From the NCBI GenBank assembly GCA_043803165.1, contig JAZDKI010000021.1, forward strand, positions 5,576 through 69,575: DNA of 64,000 nt, written 5' to 3'. The notes below the pieces were generated by a model. It worked only from the letters and a program-made list of their open reading frames with translations, had not been told where the DNA came from and did no database searches. The stretch is from Candidatus Micrarchaeota archaeon. GTDB lineage: Archaea; Micrarchaeota; Micrarchaeia; Anstonellales; Bilamarchaeaceae. Shown in pieces: positions 19,896 through 30,042 of the stretch; position 1 is the stretch's first letter; each line of letters opens with the position of its first letter. A program made the translations under genes and the position numbers.

Positions 19896-20558
19896 TCAGG
19901 GCCTGAGCCTCTCTTTGAGCAGGTGGATGCAGATCTTCACGCCGTCTATCAACTGCACCTTCGATGCCCCACCGCGCCGAGAGTATGAGATGGGGATCTC
20001 GGCTATCCTGAGCTTGTGCTTAGCCGCCTGCGCGAACATGTCGCATTCCAGCTCGAAGCTGTCGCAATGTATCTCGAGCCTCTTATACGCGCTCTTCCTG
20101 AACCCCCACATGCCGGTGCAGACGTCGCTGGTCGGGGTGAGATACAGCGCGGCCGCCCAAAGGCAGATGACCCGGTTGCCGATGTTGTTTACCGCTGACA
20201 TCGAGCCCTCCTCCATATGGCCCTTGAAGCGCGATCCTACGACAACATCGGATTCATCGAGCGCTTTGAGGAATTTTGGCATGTCCTGCACTGGGTAGGT
20301 GAGGTCCGCATCGATCATGATGGCTAGATCGGAATCGACTTCACGGAAAGCGCTCTTTATGGCATTCGCTTTCCCCTTCTTCTTTTCTAGGATGATCCTT
20401 ACGCCCAGGCTTCTTGCTATCTCGACCGTGCGGTCGGTGCTGAGGCCGTCTATCACGACTATCTCTGCCTGTGGCAATGTCGCACGGACCTCCCTGATGA
20501 CCTTCCCGATATTCCCCTCCTCGTTGAGGGTCGGAAGGAGCACCGAAACGGATTGCAT
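19896..20558 (-). CDS. GT2 dolichol-phosphate glycosyltransferase-like protein
   Basis: LPTLNEE, DGLSTDRT, DADLTY, GSRF. Confidence 0.85.
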   Translation of the reverse strand: MQSVSVLLPTLNEEGNIGKVIREVRATLPQAEIVVIDGLSTDRTVEIARSLGVRIILEKKKGKANAIKSAFREVDSDLAIMIDADLTYPVQDMPKFLKALDESDVVVGSRFKGHMEEGSMSAVNNIGNRVICLWAAALYLTPTSDVCTGMWGFRKSAYKRLEIHCDSFELECDMFAQAAKHKLRIAEIPISYSRRGGASKVQLIDGVKICIHLLKERLRP

Positions 20559-20635
20559 GCTTTGAGATAGGGTCCGATATGATTAAAGAGGTGGTTACGG
20601 ACCTTTTTTTCGCCATATCCGGGCTGTCTGGAAAA

Positions 20636-21478
20636 TCATTGGTCCATGGTTTCGACCGAGAACTCCCTGAATATGACCCCGCTCTTTCTTGTCTGGCCGA
20701 AGTCGGGATGCGGATCCAGGTTCAGCAGGCTCGAGAAGCTGTCGCTCCGTATGCCCTGATTCAGCCCTGCCAACTCTGCGGCCCTCAGTCCGAAAGACAG
20801 GAGGAGATTCGGCATCGGGAGGAAGCGGGCCTTCTTCCCGGATGAACTGGCCATGACCTCGATCATCTCCTTGAAAGTGAACCCCTGCTCGTGCGCTGCC
20901 GTTATCGGGACCACGGGGGGGATCGCCTTGCTGGTGCAGATCGAGCGTATCAGCTCGGCGAGATCCTCGTTGTGGCAAAGGTAGAGCTTCCCCTTGCCCG
21001 TATCCATGAGCGGGATGATTGGGTATCTCTCCAAAAACGAGCGCATCTTGCCTACCACGCTGCGGGGGGACTTGCCATACACCAATCCGGGCCGGATTAT
21101 GTAGGCGCCCATTTTCTTCGCTTCTGCCTCGATCTCCAGCTTCGCCCTGCCATAATCGGATGCGCAGCCCGGGAACGCGCTCATGGAGGACAGGACGATT
21201 ATTTTCTTGACCCCGGCCTCCTTGGCCGCGCGGAGCACCTCTATGGAACCGAGGACATTCACACGGCGTATGTCTTCCCAGGCTTTAGGCCGGAAATCAT
21301 ATGCGCAGTGCACCAGGGCATCCATAGCCTCGAACGCCCTCTTATCCACCTTATCTCCGAGCGAGAAGCGTATGCTCCCCGACCTTCCGGCCTCGATGAT
21401 ATCGAATCCTTTGCCTGCGAGGTATCGCGCGATGCATGAACCGACATAGCCGCTCGCTCCGGTGATCACGCACTTCAT
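20636..21478 (-). CDS. NAD-dependent epimerase/dehydratase
   Basis: TGASGYVG, YGRAK, RPGLVYG. Confidence 0.8.
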   Translation of the reverse strand: MKCVITGASGYVGSCIARYLAGKGFDIIEAGRSGSIRFSLGDKVDKRAFEAMDALVHCAYDFRPKAWEDIRRVNVLGSIEVLRAAKEAGVKKIIVLSSMSAFPGCASDYGRAKLEIEAEAKKMGAYIIRPGLVYGKSPRSVVGKMRSFLERYPIIPLMDTGKGKLYLCHNEDLAELIRSICTSKAIPPVVPITAAHEQGFTFKEMIEVMASSSGKKARFLPMPNLLLSFGLRAAELAGLNQGIRSDSFSSLLNLDPHPDFGQTRKSGVIFREFSVETMDQ

Positions 21479-21546
21479 GCCAGATATGCCGCCCACGGAT
21501 GTCAATCGACGAGAATATTAATAAGCCTCCCAGGGACAATACCACC

Positions 21547-22662
21547 ATGGATCTTTTCGCGGCCGGAAGCCGCATCCAGGATTTCGCCTATCAGAGGGTA
21601 TTGAAGGAGATTTTCTTCAGGATGGACCCTGAGGACATCCACGACCTCATGACGATCACCGGCAGGGGTCTGGAAGCCGTATGGCCGGCGAAGATGCTCA
21701 CAGGGAGCGTTTTCCGCTTCCGCGATAAAAGGCTTGAGCAAAACGTCGCAGGGATCCGGTTCGAGAATCCGGTGGGCCTGGCGGCAGGCTTCGACAAGGA
21801 TGCCCTCCTCACCGACCTTATCCCCCATGTCGGATTCGGCTTCATGGAGGTGGGATCCATAACCGGCGAGCCGTGCAAGGGCAATCCCAAGCCCAGGCTG
21901 TGGAGGCTCAAGAAATCGCGCGCGATCGTCGTCTATTACGGATTGAAGAACGAAGGATGCGAGATCATCTCAAAACGGCTGCGGGGCAAGAGATTCGAGT
22001 TCCCGGTCGGGACGAGCATAGCCAAGACCAACAGCCCGGATACCGTCGAGGTGGAAAGGGGCATGGAGGATTACGCGAAGGCATATTCGATGTTCACGGA
22101 TATCGGCAGCTACTCTACGATAAACACCAGCTGCCCGAACGCCTGCGGAGGCGAGCCGTTCTCGGATCCGGGCAACCTGGACCGGCTGCTCGGGCGGATT
22201 GATGGCATACCATCCAAAAAACCGGTATTCCTGAAGATCTCGCCCGACCTGTCCCGCTCGACCCTGGATGAGGTCATGGATATCGCAGGCAAGCACCGCG
22301 TGGCGGGGTTCGTCTGCACCAACCTCACCAAGAAGCGGGACAATCCCAGGATACTCGATGGCGATGTGCCCGCGCTCGGAGGCATCAGCGGAAAGGTGGT
22401 CGAGGGGCTCTCGGACGAGAGCATCCGCCAGATAAGGAAGCGGGCTGGTGGGAGGTTCGCGATAATCGGATGCGGCGGGGTTTTTGGCGCAGAGGACGCC
22501 TACCGGAAGATAAGGGCCGGGGCTTCGCTGATCCAGCTCTTCACAGGCATGATATATGAGGGGCCGCACCTGATCGGCAAGATCAACCACGGCCTCGTCG
22601 GCCTTCTTGCTAAAGACGGCTTCTCGTCGATATCGGAAGCGGTCGGAACGGAGAAGGGATGA
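21547..22662 (+). CDS. pyrD: Quinone-dependent (class 2) dihydroorotate dehydrogenase
   Basis: DPEDIH, NPVGLAAGFDK, GNPKPRL, SCPN, KISPDL, GGISG, YEGP. Confidence 0.9.
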   Translation: MDLFAAGSRIQDFAYQRVLKEIFFRMDPEDIHDLMTITGRGLEAVWPAKMLTGSVFRFRDKRLEQNVAGIRFENPVGLAAGFDKDALLTDLIPHVGFGFMEVGSITGEPCKGNPKPRLWRLKKSRAIVVYYGLKNEGCEIISKRLRGKRFEFPVGTSIAKTNSPDTVEVERGMEDYAKAYSMFTDIGSYSTINTSCPNACGGEPFSDPGNLDRLLGRIDGIPSKKPVFLKISPDLSRSTLDEVMDIAGKHRVAGFVCTNLTKKRDNPRILDGDVPALGGISGKVVEGLSDESIRQIRKRAGGRFAIIGCGGVFGAEDAYRKIRAGASLIQLFTGMIYEGPHLIGKINHGLVGLLAKDGFSSISEAVGTEKG

Positions 22663-22666
22663 GCTT

Positions 22667-24274
22667 ATGTTCTATGTCGTAGGCTCAGGCCCCGCAGGCG
22701 TCTCCTGCGCGAAAGCGCTGCTGGAACGCGGCGAAGAGGTCACCATGCTCGATGCCGGGATCGGGCTTGATGAAGACATCGCCAGGAGGGTGGATGAGGT
22801 GGGATCATCGCCGCCGAAAGAATGGAGGGATCCGAAGACCATAAGCGGAGCCATCGTCGCGGCCATGAAAGAAGCGGTGAAGCCGAAAAACGGCAAGATC
22901 GAGACCAAGCTGGTGTTCGGATCGGACTATCCTTACCGGGATTCGGAAAAACTCCTCCATATCACGCAAAAAGGCTCTTGCTGCAAGCCCTCCCTAGGGA
23001 ACGGGGGCTTCAGCGCGGCGTGGGGAGCCGCCGTCCTTCCCTACCCTAAGGAGGACATGTGCGACTGGCCTTTCAAGGCTGAAGAGCTCGAACCGTACTA
23101 TCGGAAGGTCGCAGGATTCATGGATATGACCGGGGAAGATGATGGCCTTTTGGAGCTGTTCCCGCTCTTCACGGATTCTCCCCAGCCGCATCGGAAGAGC
23201 AGGCAGGCAGAAGCCCTGCTCAAGGATATGGCCCGCAACAGGGATGCGCTGAAAAAGAGCGGCATCATGTTCGGAGCCTCCAGGCTCGCGGTGAGGACGA
23301 TAGAGAGGGATGGGAAACCGGGCTGCGCATATTGCGGGCTTTGCATGTATGGCTGCCCGTATGACCTCATATATAACTCGTCTTCGACGCTGGATGAGCT
23401 TAAGGCCGACCCAGGTTTCAGGTATGAGTCCGGCATAATAGTGGACCGGGTCTCCGAGGATGCGGGCGGCGTGGTGGTATATGGCCGCTCGCTCCGATCC
23501 GGAGGGGACGTCGCATTCACCGGCTCGAAGGTGTTCCTTGCATGCGGGGCGGTCCCATCCACTAAGATCATCTTGGCGTCCAAGAAAGCGTATGGGGTGC
23601 CCATCACCATGCTTGATTCCCAGTATTTTATGGTGCCATATGTGCGGTTTGGGGGGGCGGGAAACGTCCTGAAAGAAGAGCTCCATACCCTGGCCCAGGC
23701 GTTCATCGAGGTATACGACCGGAAGATCAGCGAGCATCTTGTCCACCTGCAGGTATATTCATTCAACGAGCTGATGCTCCAGGTCGTCCGCTCGAGGACC
23801 GGGCCGGCATATCCGCTTTTCAGGTTCCCGGTCGGGATGTTCATAGACAGGATGATGCTGATCCAGGGGTTCCTGCACTCGGATGACTCCGCGAGGATCA
23901 CATTGACCCTCCGGAAAGGGAAGGGCGGTCAGGACGAGCTCGTGTTGGAATCGAAGCCGTCGGATACCGCCAGGAAAGTCGTCTCCAAGGTCATGTGGAA
24001 GCTGATCGGGGAGCAGGGCCGGATCGGCGCCGTTCCCCTGCTGCCGATGCTGGATATAGAGACGCCTGGCAAGAGCTTCCATTATGGCGGCAGCCTGCCG
24101 ATGAGCAGGGAGCCCGGGGAATGGCAGACCGATATCTACGGGAGGCCGGAGGGATTCCGGAATGTCCATGTCGTGGATGCCAGCGTCCTGCCTTCTCTTC
24201 CTGCCCCGACCGTGACGTTCGCCGTGATGGCCAATGCATACCGCATCGGGGCCGAGCACGACAAGTCCTCCTAG
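22667..24274 (+). CDS. GMC-family FAD oxidoreductase
   Basis: VGSGPAG, GGFSAAWG, CAYCGLCMYGCP, HYGG, VVDAS. Confidence 0.75.
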   Translation: MFYVVGSGPAGVSCAKALLERGEEVTMLDAGIGLDEDIARRVDEVGSSPPKEWRDPKTISGAIVAAMKEAVKPKNGKIETKLVFGSDYPYRDSEKLLHITQKGSCCKPSLGNGGFSAAWGAAVLPYPKEDMCDWPFKAEELEPYYRKVAGFMDMTGEDDGLLELFPLFTDSPQPHRKSRQAEALLKDMARNRDALKKSGIMFGASRLAVRTIERDGKPGCAYCGLCMYGCPYDLIYNSSSTLDELKADPGFRYESGIIVDRVSEDAGGVVVYGRSLRSGGDVAFTGSKVFLACGAVPSTKIILASKKAYGVPITMLDSQYFMVPYVRFGGAGNVLKEELHTLAQAFIEVYDRKISEHLVHLQVYSFNELMLQVVRSRTGPAYPLFRFPVGMFIDRMMLIQGFLHSDDSARITLTLRKGKGGQDELVLESKPSDTARKVVSKVMWKLIGEQGRIGAVPLLPMLDIETPGKSFHYGGSLPMSREPGEWQTDIYGRPEGFRNVHVVDASVLPSLPAPTVTFAVMANAYRIGAEHDKSS

Positions 24275-24276
24275 CC

Positions 24277-25098
24277 TCAGTCCAAAGGGGGGAATCCGCC
24301 CCGTGGCCTGAACAGCTTTTTGAAATAGTTGAGCGTCCTCTCGATCTTCAGGAAGCCGTAGAGGTGCTTGGCTGTCTTGAGGTCCGTGACGTCTTCTGAA
24401 GCATAGAGTTTTTTCTGGCTCTGCCAGGTCATGCCCTCTCCCGAATAGTCGACCTCGTGCCACTCGCGCCCGATCATGTGGGATATGCATTCGTCGAAGG
24501 TCCCCTGCCTCCGGATTTTCATCGAAGAGAGGAAGCGCACCAGATAGCGGGCCATCCGCTCGGCCTCGTCAGCCTTCACCCCGCGCTCGTTCACGCCACG
24601 GAGGAGCTCGATCGTGGTCTTTGGCATATGGTCCAGCAGGGCTTTTGTCTTGGGCATCGGAGACCGCTTGGCGAGCGCCTTGAGCAGATACCCTGCCGCC
24701 AGGTTCCCTTCCTCGTGTGTCAGCTTCATCTTCTTTTTCTGCTGCTTGACCCGGCTCATGATCATCTCCGCGATCTTCCGGTACCCCATCCGATGTAGGT
24801 CGCAGAGGGGCTCGATGCATTCTGACTTGCCTTCTTTGCGCGTATCTACGGCCTCTTCCGAGGGGTCGGGCTTGATCTCAAATACGGGCTTCCTCGAGGG
24901 GAGGTCGGGCATTTTCCTGAATGCTTCTGCATCAGGGATGGACGCCTGCGATGCGCGTGGGGGATCGGCCTTCCCGCATCCGAGCATCATCGCACCTGCG
25001 AGCAGTGGTGCGAGAAGCGCCTTTCGTATGCGCGGGAGGGTTTGGGGATGTTGGGGATCGTGCTTGCGGCTGTGCGCCATCCGTCGTGCAGGTTCCAT
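24277..25098 (-). CDS. Hypothetical lipoprotein
   Basis: Hydrophobic signal ending MMLGC (lipobox-like). Confidence 0.55.
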   Translation of the reverse strand: MEPARRMAHSRKHDPQHPQTLPRIRKALLAPLLAGAMMLGCGKADPPRASQASIPDAEAFRKMPDLPSRKPVFEIKPDPSEEAVDTRKEGKSECIEPLCDLHRMGYRKIAEMIMSRVKQQKKKMKLTHEEGNLAAGYLLKALAKRSPMPKTKALLDHMPKTTIELLRGVNERGVKADEAERMARYLVRFLSSMKIRRQGTFDECISHMIGREWHEVDYSGEGMTWQSQKKLYASEDVTDLKTAKHLYGFLKIERTLNYFKKLFRPRGGFPPLD

Positions 25099-25315
25099 GA
25101 ATTAAGTGTTGCGTGTTGTCATTTTAAGGCTTTCGAACGGACATGGCGTTATCCATATCTGTGGATAACCACCGGAAAATCCCTGGAATATTAATAAAGC
25201 GAGAAAAAACATCCGCTTACGGGGGATGGGTGGGCTTCGCGGCCGTTCTGGGGGGTGGAACCCTCAGGGGGGCCGGTCGGAGAGGAGCATCGGTGATGGC
25301 CCCCATATGGGGGGG

Positions 25316-26677
25316 ATGGAGATGTTAGGCTGGCGGATCCTCGCCGAAGGGGAGTACAAACTCGATATGCCCGAGCTGACCGGCGAGGAGAAGCAGCTGG
25401 TCTTGCTCGCGCAGGACCGTTTCAGGGAGGCCGCGCGCTCGCACGCTTCCGCTGACAAGGAGGAGATGAGGGGGCTTGTCGATGGATTGCTCGCTTCGGC
25501 TGCCCATGAATCGGGGCTGTATCTCGAGCGGAGCCAGCAGGCGTATCTGGCCGAGATCGCCTTCATGCACATCTGCGGGTTCGCCTTCATCGAACGGCTC
25601 CTCGAGGACCCCGCAATAGAGGAGATAAGCGTGATCGGCCCAGGGAAGCCGGTCTATGTCTATCTGCGGAAGCAGGGCTGGAGGAGCGTGAACGCCTGCT
25701 TCGATGACGAGCGCTCGATAGGCGAGATGATAAACCGGATGTCGAGGGCCTTGGGCAGGCACATCACGATGCAGAATCCCAGGCTGGATGCGATGCTCCC
25801 GGATGGGTCAAGGCTCCATGCCTCCCTGCCGCCCGTCTCCCATGGCGAGATAACGATACGGAGGTTTCGGGAGAAGCCGTTCTCCCCCAGGGAGCTTGCC
25901 GAGAACGGGACGATATCCCCCGATGCGATGGCCCTGCTGTCCGTCCTGATGCAATGCGATTTCTCGATATTGATAGCGGGGAACACAGCGAGCGGGAAGA
26001 CCACCACCATGAACGCGCTGTTCTCGTTCATCCCGTGGAACGAGCGGGTGATTATAACCGAGGAGACCCCGGAGATAAACGTCCCCCATCAGCACCAGAT
26101 GAGGCTTGTCGCGAACCGCGATATGGGGATCAGCCTCAAGGATCTCGTGTATGACTCGCTCCGTATGAGGCCGGACCGGATGGTGGTCGGCGAGGTGCGC
26201 AACCGGGAGGAGACCGAGGCGCTCTTCGATGTGCTCCTCGCCGGGCAGGCGCGCGGGAGCTATGCCACTTTCCATGCCCAGAGCGCCGATGAGGCGTTAT
26301 CGAGACTGCGGTCTTTTGGAGTGAGGGAGGACGACCTTTCCAGCGTGGACTGCATCATCGTGCAGAGGAGGATGCTCCTCTATGACGCGAAAACAAGGAG
26401 CGCGCGTGAAGCGAGGCGGGTTGTCGAGATCATGGAGACCGAAGGCAGGACGCCATTGTACAAGGACGGAGGGGGCGGGATCGCGAAGAAAGGGATGCTG
26501 CTCGAGCGGGCTGCCGAAGGCTTCGGGATGAGCGCGAAGGAGATGGAATCCGAGCTCGCGAAGAGGAAGAAGGCGATCATGCGGGCGGGGCCGGATTACG
26601 CTTCATTCTTTTCTTCTGTGCAGAAGGAGTTCTACGGTTTTTCAGGAAACGAGAGGCGGGACGGGGTGGCGCGCTGA
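25316..26677 (+). CDS. Type IV pilus / Tad secretion ATPase (CpaF/FlaI-like)
   Basis: Walker A GNTASGKTT, LRMRPDRMVVGEVR, TFHA; start uncertain. Confidence 0.9.
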   Translation: MEMLGWRILAEGEYKLDMPELTGEEKQLVLLAQDRFREAARSHASADKEEMRGLVDGLLASAAHESGLYLERSQQAYLAEIAFMHICGFAFIERLLEDPAIEEISVIGPGKPVYVYLRKQGWRSVNACFDDERSIGEMINRMSRALGRHITMQNPRLDAMLPDGSRLHASLPPVSHGEITIRRFREKPFSPRELAENGTISPDAMALLSVLMQCDFSILIAGNTASGKTTTMNALFSFIPWNERVIITEETPEINVPHQHQMRLVANRDMGISLKDLVYDSLRMRPDRMVVGEVRNREETEALFDVLLAGQARGSYATFHAQSADEALSRLRSFGVREDDLSSVDCIIVQRRMLLYDAKTRSAREARRVVEIMETEGRTPLYKDGGGGIAKKGMLLERAAEGFGMSAKEMESELAKRKKAIMRAGPDYASFFSSVQKEFYGFSGNERRDGVAR

Positions 26678-28236
26678 TGACGCGGTTACGGGAGCTGTCG
26701 GCCGTTTTCCCGCCTGTGCGGCTGCGTTGCTCCTCGGAAAAAGCGCTCAAGGCGCTCGGGATCTCACCTGAGCAGTATATGGGGATGGCGATCGTGATCT
26801 CTTTTTTGTTTGGATTCGCGACGCTCCCGATAGCGCTCATGCTGAGGCTGCCGTTCTCATCGCTCGTCATATCGCTCATCGGTTTTTTGGCGTCTTTCTG
26901 CTTTTTCCTCGCGCTGCCTGGGATGGAACTGCGGAAACGCGGCTCTGAGATAGACGCTTCGATGCCGTTCTTCCTCCGGAGCGTGGGGATGCTCCTCGAG
27001 ATGGGCCTCCCGTTCAGGAAGGCGCTGGAAGCTGCAACGGAAGGCGAAGGGGCCCTTGGGGAGGAAGTCAGGATTGCGCTGCGGCAGGCTGATGAAGGGA
27101 TCCCCTTGCAGAGGGCGATAGCATCCATCGCGCTCACATACGGGTCCCTTCCAGTGAAGCGGGCGGTATCGCAGATGATATCCGCCTATGAGACTGGGGC
27201 AAGCGGAGCGGAGATGCGCAGGATCGGGGATGAGCTGCTATCCCTGGACAGGCACAGGCTGCGGGAGTACGCGTCGAAAAGCGCGTTGTTCGGGCTCATG
27301 TTCGTGATATCCAGCGCGGTGATGCCGACTTTCTTCATGGTGTATGCGATAGCTGGGGGCGATGACATCGGGAGGGGGCAGATCATGCTCGCTATGCTGG
27401 TCTTTTTCCCGCTCATCGGGCTGCTGCTTCTCATGCTCTCCAAAGCGGTCGCCCCAAGGACCGCTTTCCGCGGCCAAAGGCAGGACCTTTCGATGCTCGC
27501 CCCTGTCGCTGCGATAGCGGCGGGATTCTTTCTGCTGCCTAAGTATCAGCTCCTGATCATGGCTGGTGCCGGGGCAATAGGAGTCTTTTTGGCTTGGAGG
27601 AGCTACCGGATGGAAAAACGGCTGGAGGATATCGAATCAAGATTGCCGGATGCGCTTTTCTGCGTCGGCGGGATGCCCAAATCGGCAAGGCCCGAGCGCG
27701 TGTTCAGGCTGATGGAAGAGGGGGGTTTCGGCCCGCTCTCGGAGGAGGCCGGCAAATCCAGGAGGCAGATGGAGATGAATGTCAGCGCAGGGGCCGCCTT
27801 AGCGGACCTTTCGGCGAGGAACTGCTCTCCGATGCTTGAACGCTCATGCCGGATGATGTCGCGGATGATAGAGACCAGCTCCCTGGACAGGCTGAATTGC
27901 CTGGCTGAGGATATGATAAACGCGTTCCAGGCCAAAAGGGAGCGCTCGCAGCTGATGTCCATGCAGAAATACACGCTGATCCTCGGTGCTGTGCTGATGC
28001 CTTTGATCATGAAGATGGCCCTAGGCCTCCTAGGGGAGATGGGAAGCCTGCTGGGGGAGGGAACGGCGGAGACGGCGTCATTCTGCGCATCGTTGGTATC
28101 GCCGTATATCGTGATATATTCAGCATCATCCGCCATGGCCATCGCCGATGCCGAGGGGAGGGGATCCGCCCTCGGCACTTATTCCATCGGGCTTTCCGCC
28201 GTCGGCCTGGCCGCATTCGAGTTTATAAAGTTTTGA
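26677..28236 (+). CDS. TadB/TadC-like (type II secretion F) pilus platform protein, two domains
   Basis: Two 'IDASMPFFL/IESRLPDAL' F-domain repeats with TM helices, coupled to the ATPase. Confidence 0.75.
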   Translation: MTRLRELSAVFPPVRLRCSSEKALKALGISPEQYMGMAIVISFLFGFATLPIALMLRLPFSSLVISLIGFLASFCFFLALPGMELRKRGSEIDASMPFFLRSVGMLLEMGLPFRKALEAATEGEGALGEEVRIALRQADEGIPLQRAIASIALTYGSLPVKRAVSQMISAYETGASGAEMRRIGDELLSLDRHRLREYASKSALFGLMFVISSAVMPTFFMVYAIAGGDDIGRGQIMLAMLVFFPLIGLLLLMLSKAVAPRTAFRGQRQDLSMLAPVAAIAAGFFLLPKYQLLIMAGAGAIGVFLAWRSYRMEKRLEDIESRLPDALFCVGGMPKSARPERVFRLMEEGGFGPLSEEAGKSRRQMEMNVSAGAALADLSARNCSPMLERSCRMMSRMIETSSLDRLNCLAEDMINAFQAKRERSQLMSMQKYTLILGAVLMPLIMKMALGLLGEMGSLLGEGTAETASFCASLVSPYIVIYSASSAMAIADAEGRGSALGTYSIGLSAVGLAAFEFIKF

Positions 28237-28252
28237 TGAGAGTTTTTCCCTG

Positions 28253-28726
28253 ATGGATACGATAACCTCGCTCGCCCTGTCTATCGACAGCCCCATCCTG
28301 GAGGCTGTCGGGGGGGTGCTGGACAATGCCCTCGCGTATGGGCTCCTCGTCCTCGCCTTGATATTCATCGGGGAGAAAAGGGATGGAAAAAGGTCCAAGA
28401 TAATACTCTCCATCATACTCGCGGTATTTCTCGCTTCGATGATAAAATTCGCTATCGCGAGAGACCGCCCCTGCGCAGGGGAGGACTGGTGCCCTGAGAG
28501 CTATTCGTTCCCGAGCATGCACGCCGCTGTGGCGTTCGCCCTGATGACAGGCTTCCTGAACAAGAAGAGCTATCCTGCTTTCGTCCTGTTCGCGCTTTTC
28601 GTGTGCTTTACCAGGATGAACCTGGGCGTGCATATCTTCGTAGATATAGCCGGCGCCCTGCCTCTCGCCCTGATCTCATATTACCTGACAGACATGCTCT
28701 ATAAGGAGGGAAAGGATGGATCGTGA
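28253..28726 (+). CDS. PAP2-family lipid phosphatase
   Basis: K..IARDRP, FPSMH, RMNLGVH..D. Confidence 0.85.
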   Translation: MDTITSLALSIDSPILEAVGGVLDNALAYGLLVLALIFIGEKRDGKRSKIILSIILAVFLASMIKFAIARDRPCAGEDWCPESYSFPSMHAAVAFALMTGFLNKKSYPAFVLFALFVCFTRMNLGVHIFVDIAGALPLALISYYLTDMLYKEGKDGS

Positions 28727-29270
28727 GGATTCGAGGCAGCTGTTCCATATCCTCGTCGGGCTCTTAGCCATAGCCGTCCTGTTCTTCCTCGGGAGGGGCT
28801 TCCTTTTGGCGGCGATTTTCTTCACGCTCATCATCGGGACCCTGCTCATCAATGCGAGGCTATTGGGCGCCAGGATCGGCATCGCTGACTGGTTCGTAGA
28901 AGAGTTCGAGCGGGAGGATGCTCCGCTTCCCGGCTGGGGATCCGCCTGCTATGCGGCAGGGGCGCTGATCGCCGTCTCTTTCCTCACAGATACCGGCCAG
29001 ATCGCATCGGTGCTCCTCGCGCTCGGGATCGGGGATGGGATCTCCACGATAGCCGGACGGAGAGGGAGGATGAAGCTCCCCTATAACGGCAAGAAGACTT
29101 TCGAGGGGGCGCTGGGGATATTCTTCCCGTCGTTATTGGCCTGGTTTTTCATCGGTCCGCTGGCGATCCCGTTCGCTCTGATCGCTATGAGCGCCGAAAG
29201 CATCCCGAGGCTGGACGACAATTTGACCATCCCGGCATTGTGCACGGCGTTCCTGATGGTGGCGGCTTGA
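28716..29270 (+). CDS. Dolichol/phytol kinase-like (CTP transferase) membrane protein
   Basis: RQLFH, GDGIS..AG, KKTFEG, DDNLTIP. Confidence 0.8.
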   Translation: MDREDSRQLFHILVGLLAIAVLFFLGRGFLLAAIFFTLIIGTLLINARLLGARIGIADWFVEEFEREDAPLPGWGSACYAAGALIAVSFLTDTGQIASVLLALGIGDGISTIAGRRGRMKLPYNGKKTFEGALGIFFPSLLAWFFIGPLAIPFALIAMSAESIPRLDDNLTIPALCTAFLMVAA

Positions 29271-30040
29271 TCATCCTTTTCACCAAAAAAAACCTTGCGA
29301 GCGCGAATATCGCGAGGGCCCTCATCGACGGCCACGGATTCGACGGACAGGGGGAGGGGGTTTGGCGGAACGGGGATCTCCTCTTGAAGGAGACGGACGC
29401 GCCAACCGTCCTTGAGGTGCCGACCGATTTCGACACGGACTGCCTGCTTGTCCTGAGCACGCACCGTAGCAAGAATCCAGGAAGGGCGCTCACCGCGCAT
29501 GTCCCCGGCAACTGGGGCGATGCGCAGATGGGCGGGGAGCCTAGGACATTGAATACCGCGCCGGCGAGCAGGCTGAAGATTTTGATCCAGGAGCTGAAGA
29601 AAGAGGCGGACGCTATAGGCTGGACCGCTTCCCTGGAGGCAGACCATCATGGACCCACATGCCAGGTCCCCATCATGTTCGTGGAGATAGGCAATGGGGA
29701 GGCGGAATGGACGGACGGGAAAGCGGCAGAGGCTGTCGCGGAAGCCGTGATGGCTTCAGCCAAGCGGAACGAGAGGTTCGATACGGTTTTCGGAGTGGGC
29801 GGCGGGCACTATCCGAGGCATTTTTCCAAATTGGCGATCGAGAGCGAGACAGCGGTCGGCCATATGGCCCCGAAATACGTTATAGATTCGCTGGATGAGG
29901 AGATGTTCTCCCAGGCTATAAGGAAGAATGTCGAGAAGGTATCGCGGGTGCTGGTTGTCAAAGACGAGACGAGCGCACCTCATCGGGAGAAGATAAAGGA
30001 TCTGGCAGGACGGTTCGCTATAGAAGTGGAGATCGCCTGA
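29267..30040 (+). CDS. dtdA: Archaeal D-aminoacyl-tRNA deacylase
   Basis: STHRS, TAHVPGN, EADHHGPT, FVEIG, GGGHY; TTG start overlaps the upstream stop. Confidence 0.85.
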   Translation: MIILFTKKNLASANIARALIDGHGFDGQGEGVWRNGDLLLKETDAPTVLEVPTDFDTDCLLVLSTHRSKNPGRALTAHVPGNWGDAQMGGEPRTLNTAPASRLKILIQELKKEADAIGWTASLEADHHGPTCQVPIMFVEIGNGEAEWTDGKAAEAVAEAVMASAKRNERFDTVFGVGGGHYPRHFSKLAIESETAVGHMAPKYVIDSLDEEMFSQAIRKNVEKVSRVLVVKDETSAPHREKIKDLAGRFAIEVEIA

Positions 30041-30042
30041 AT

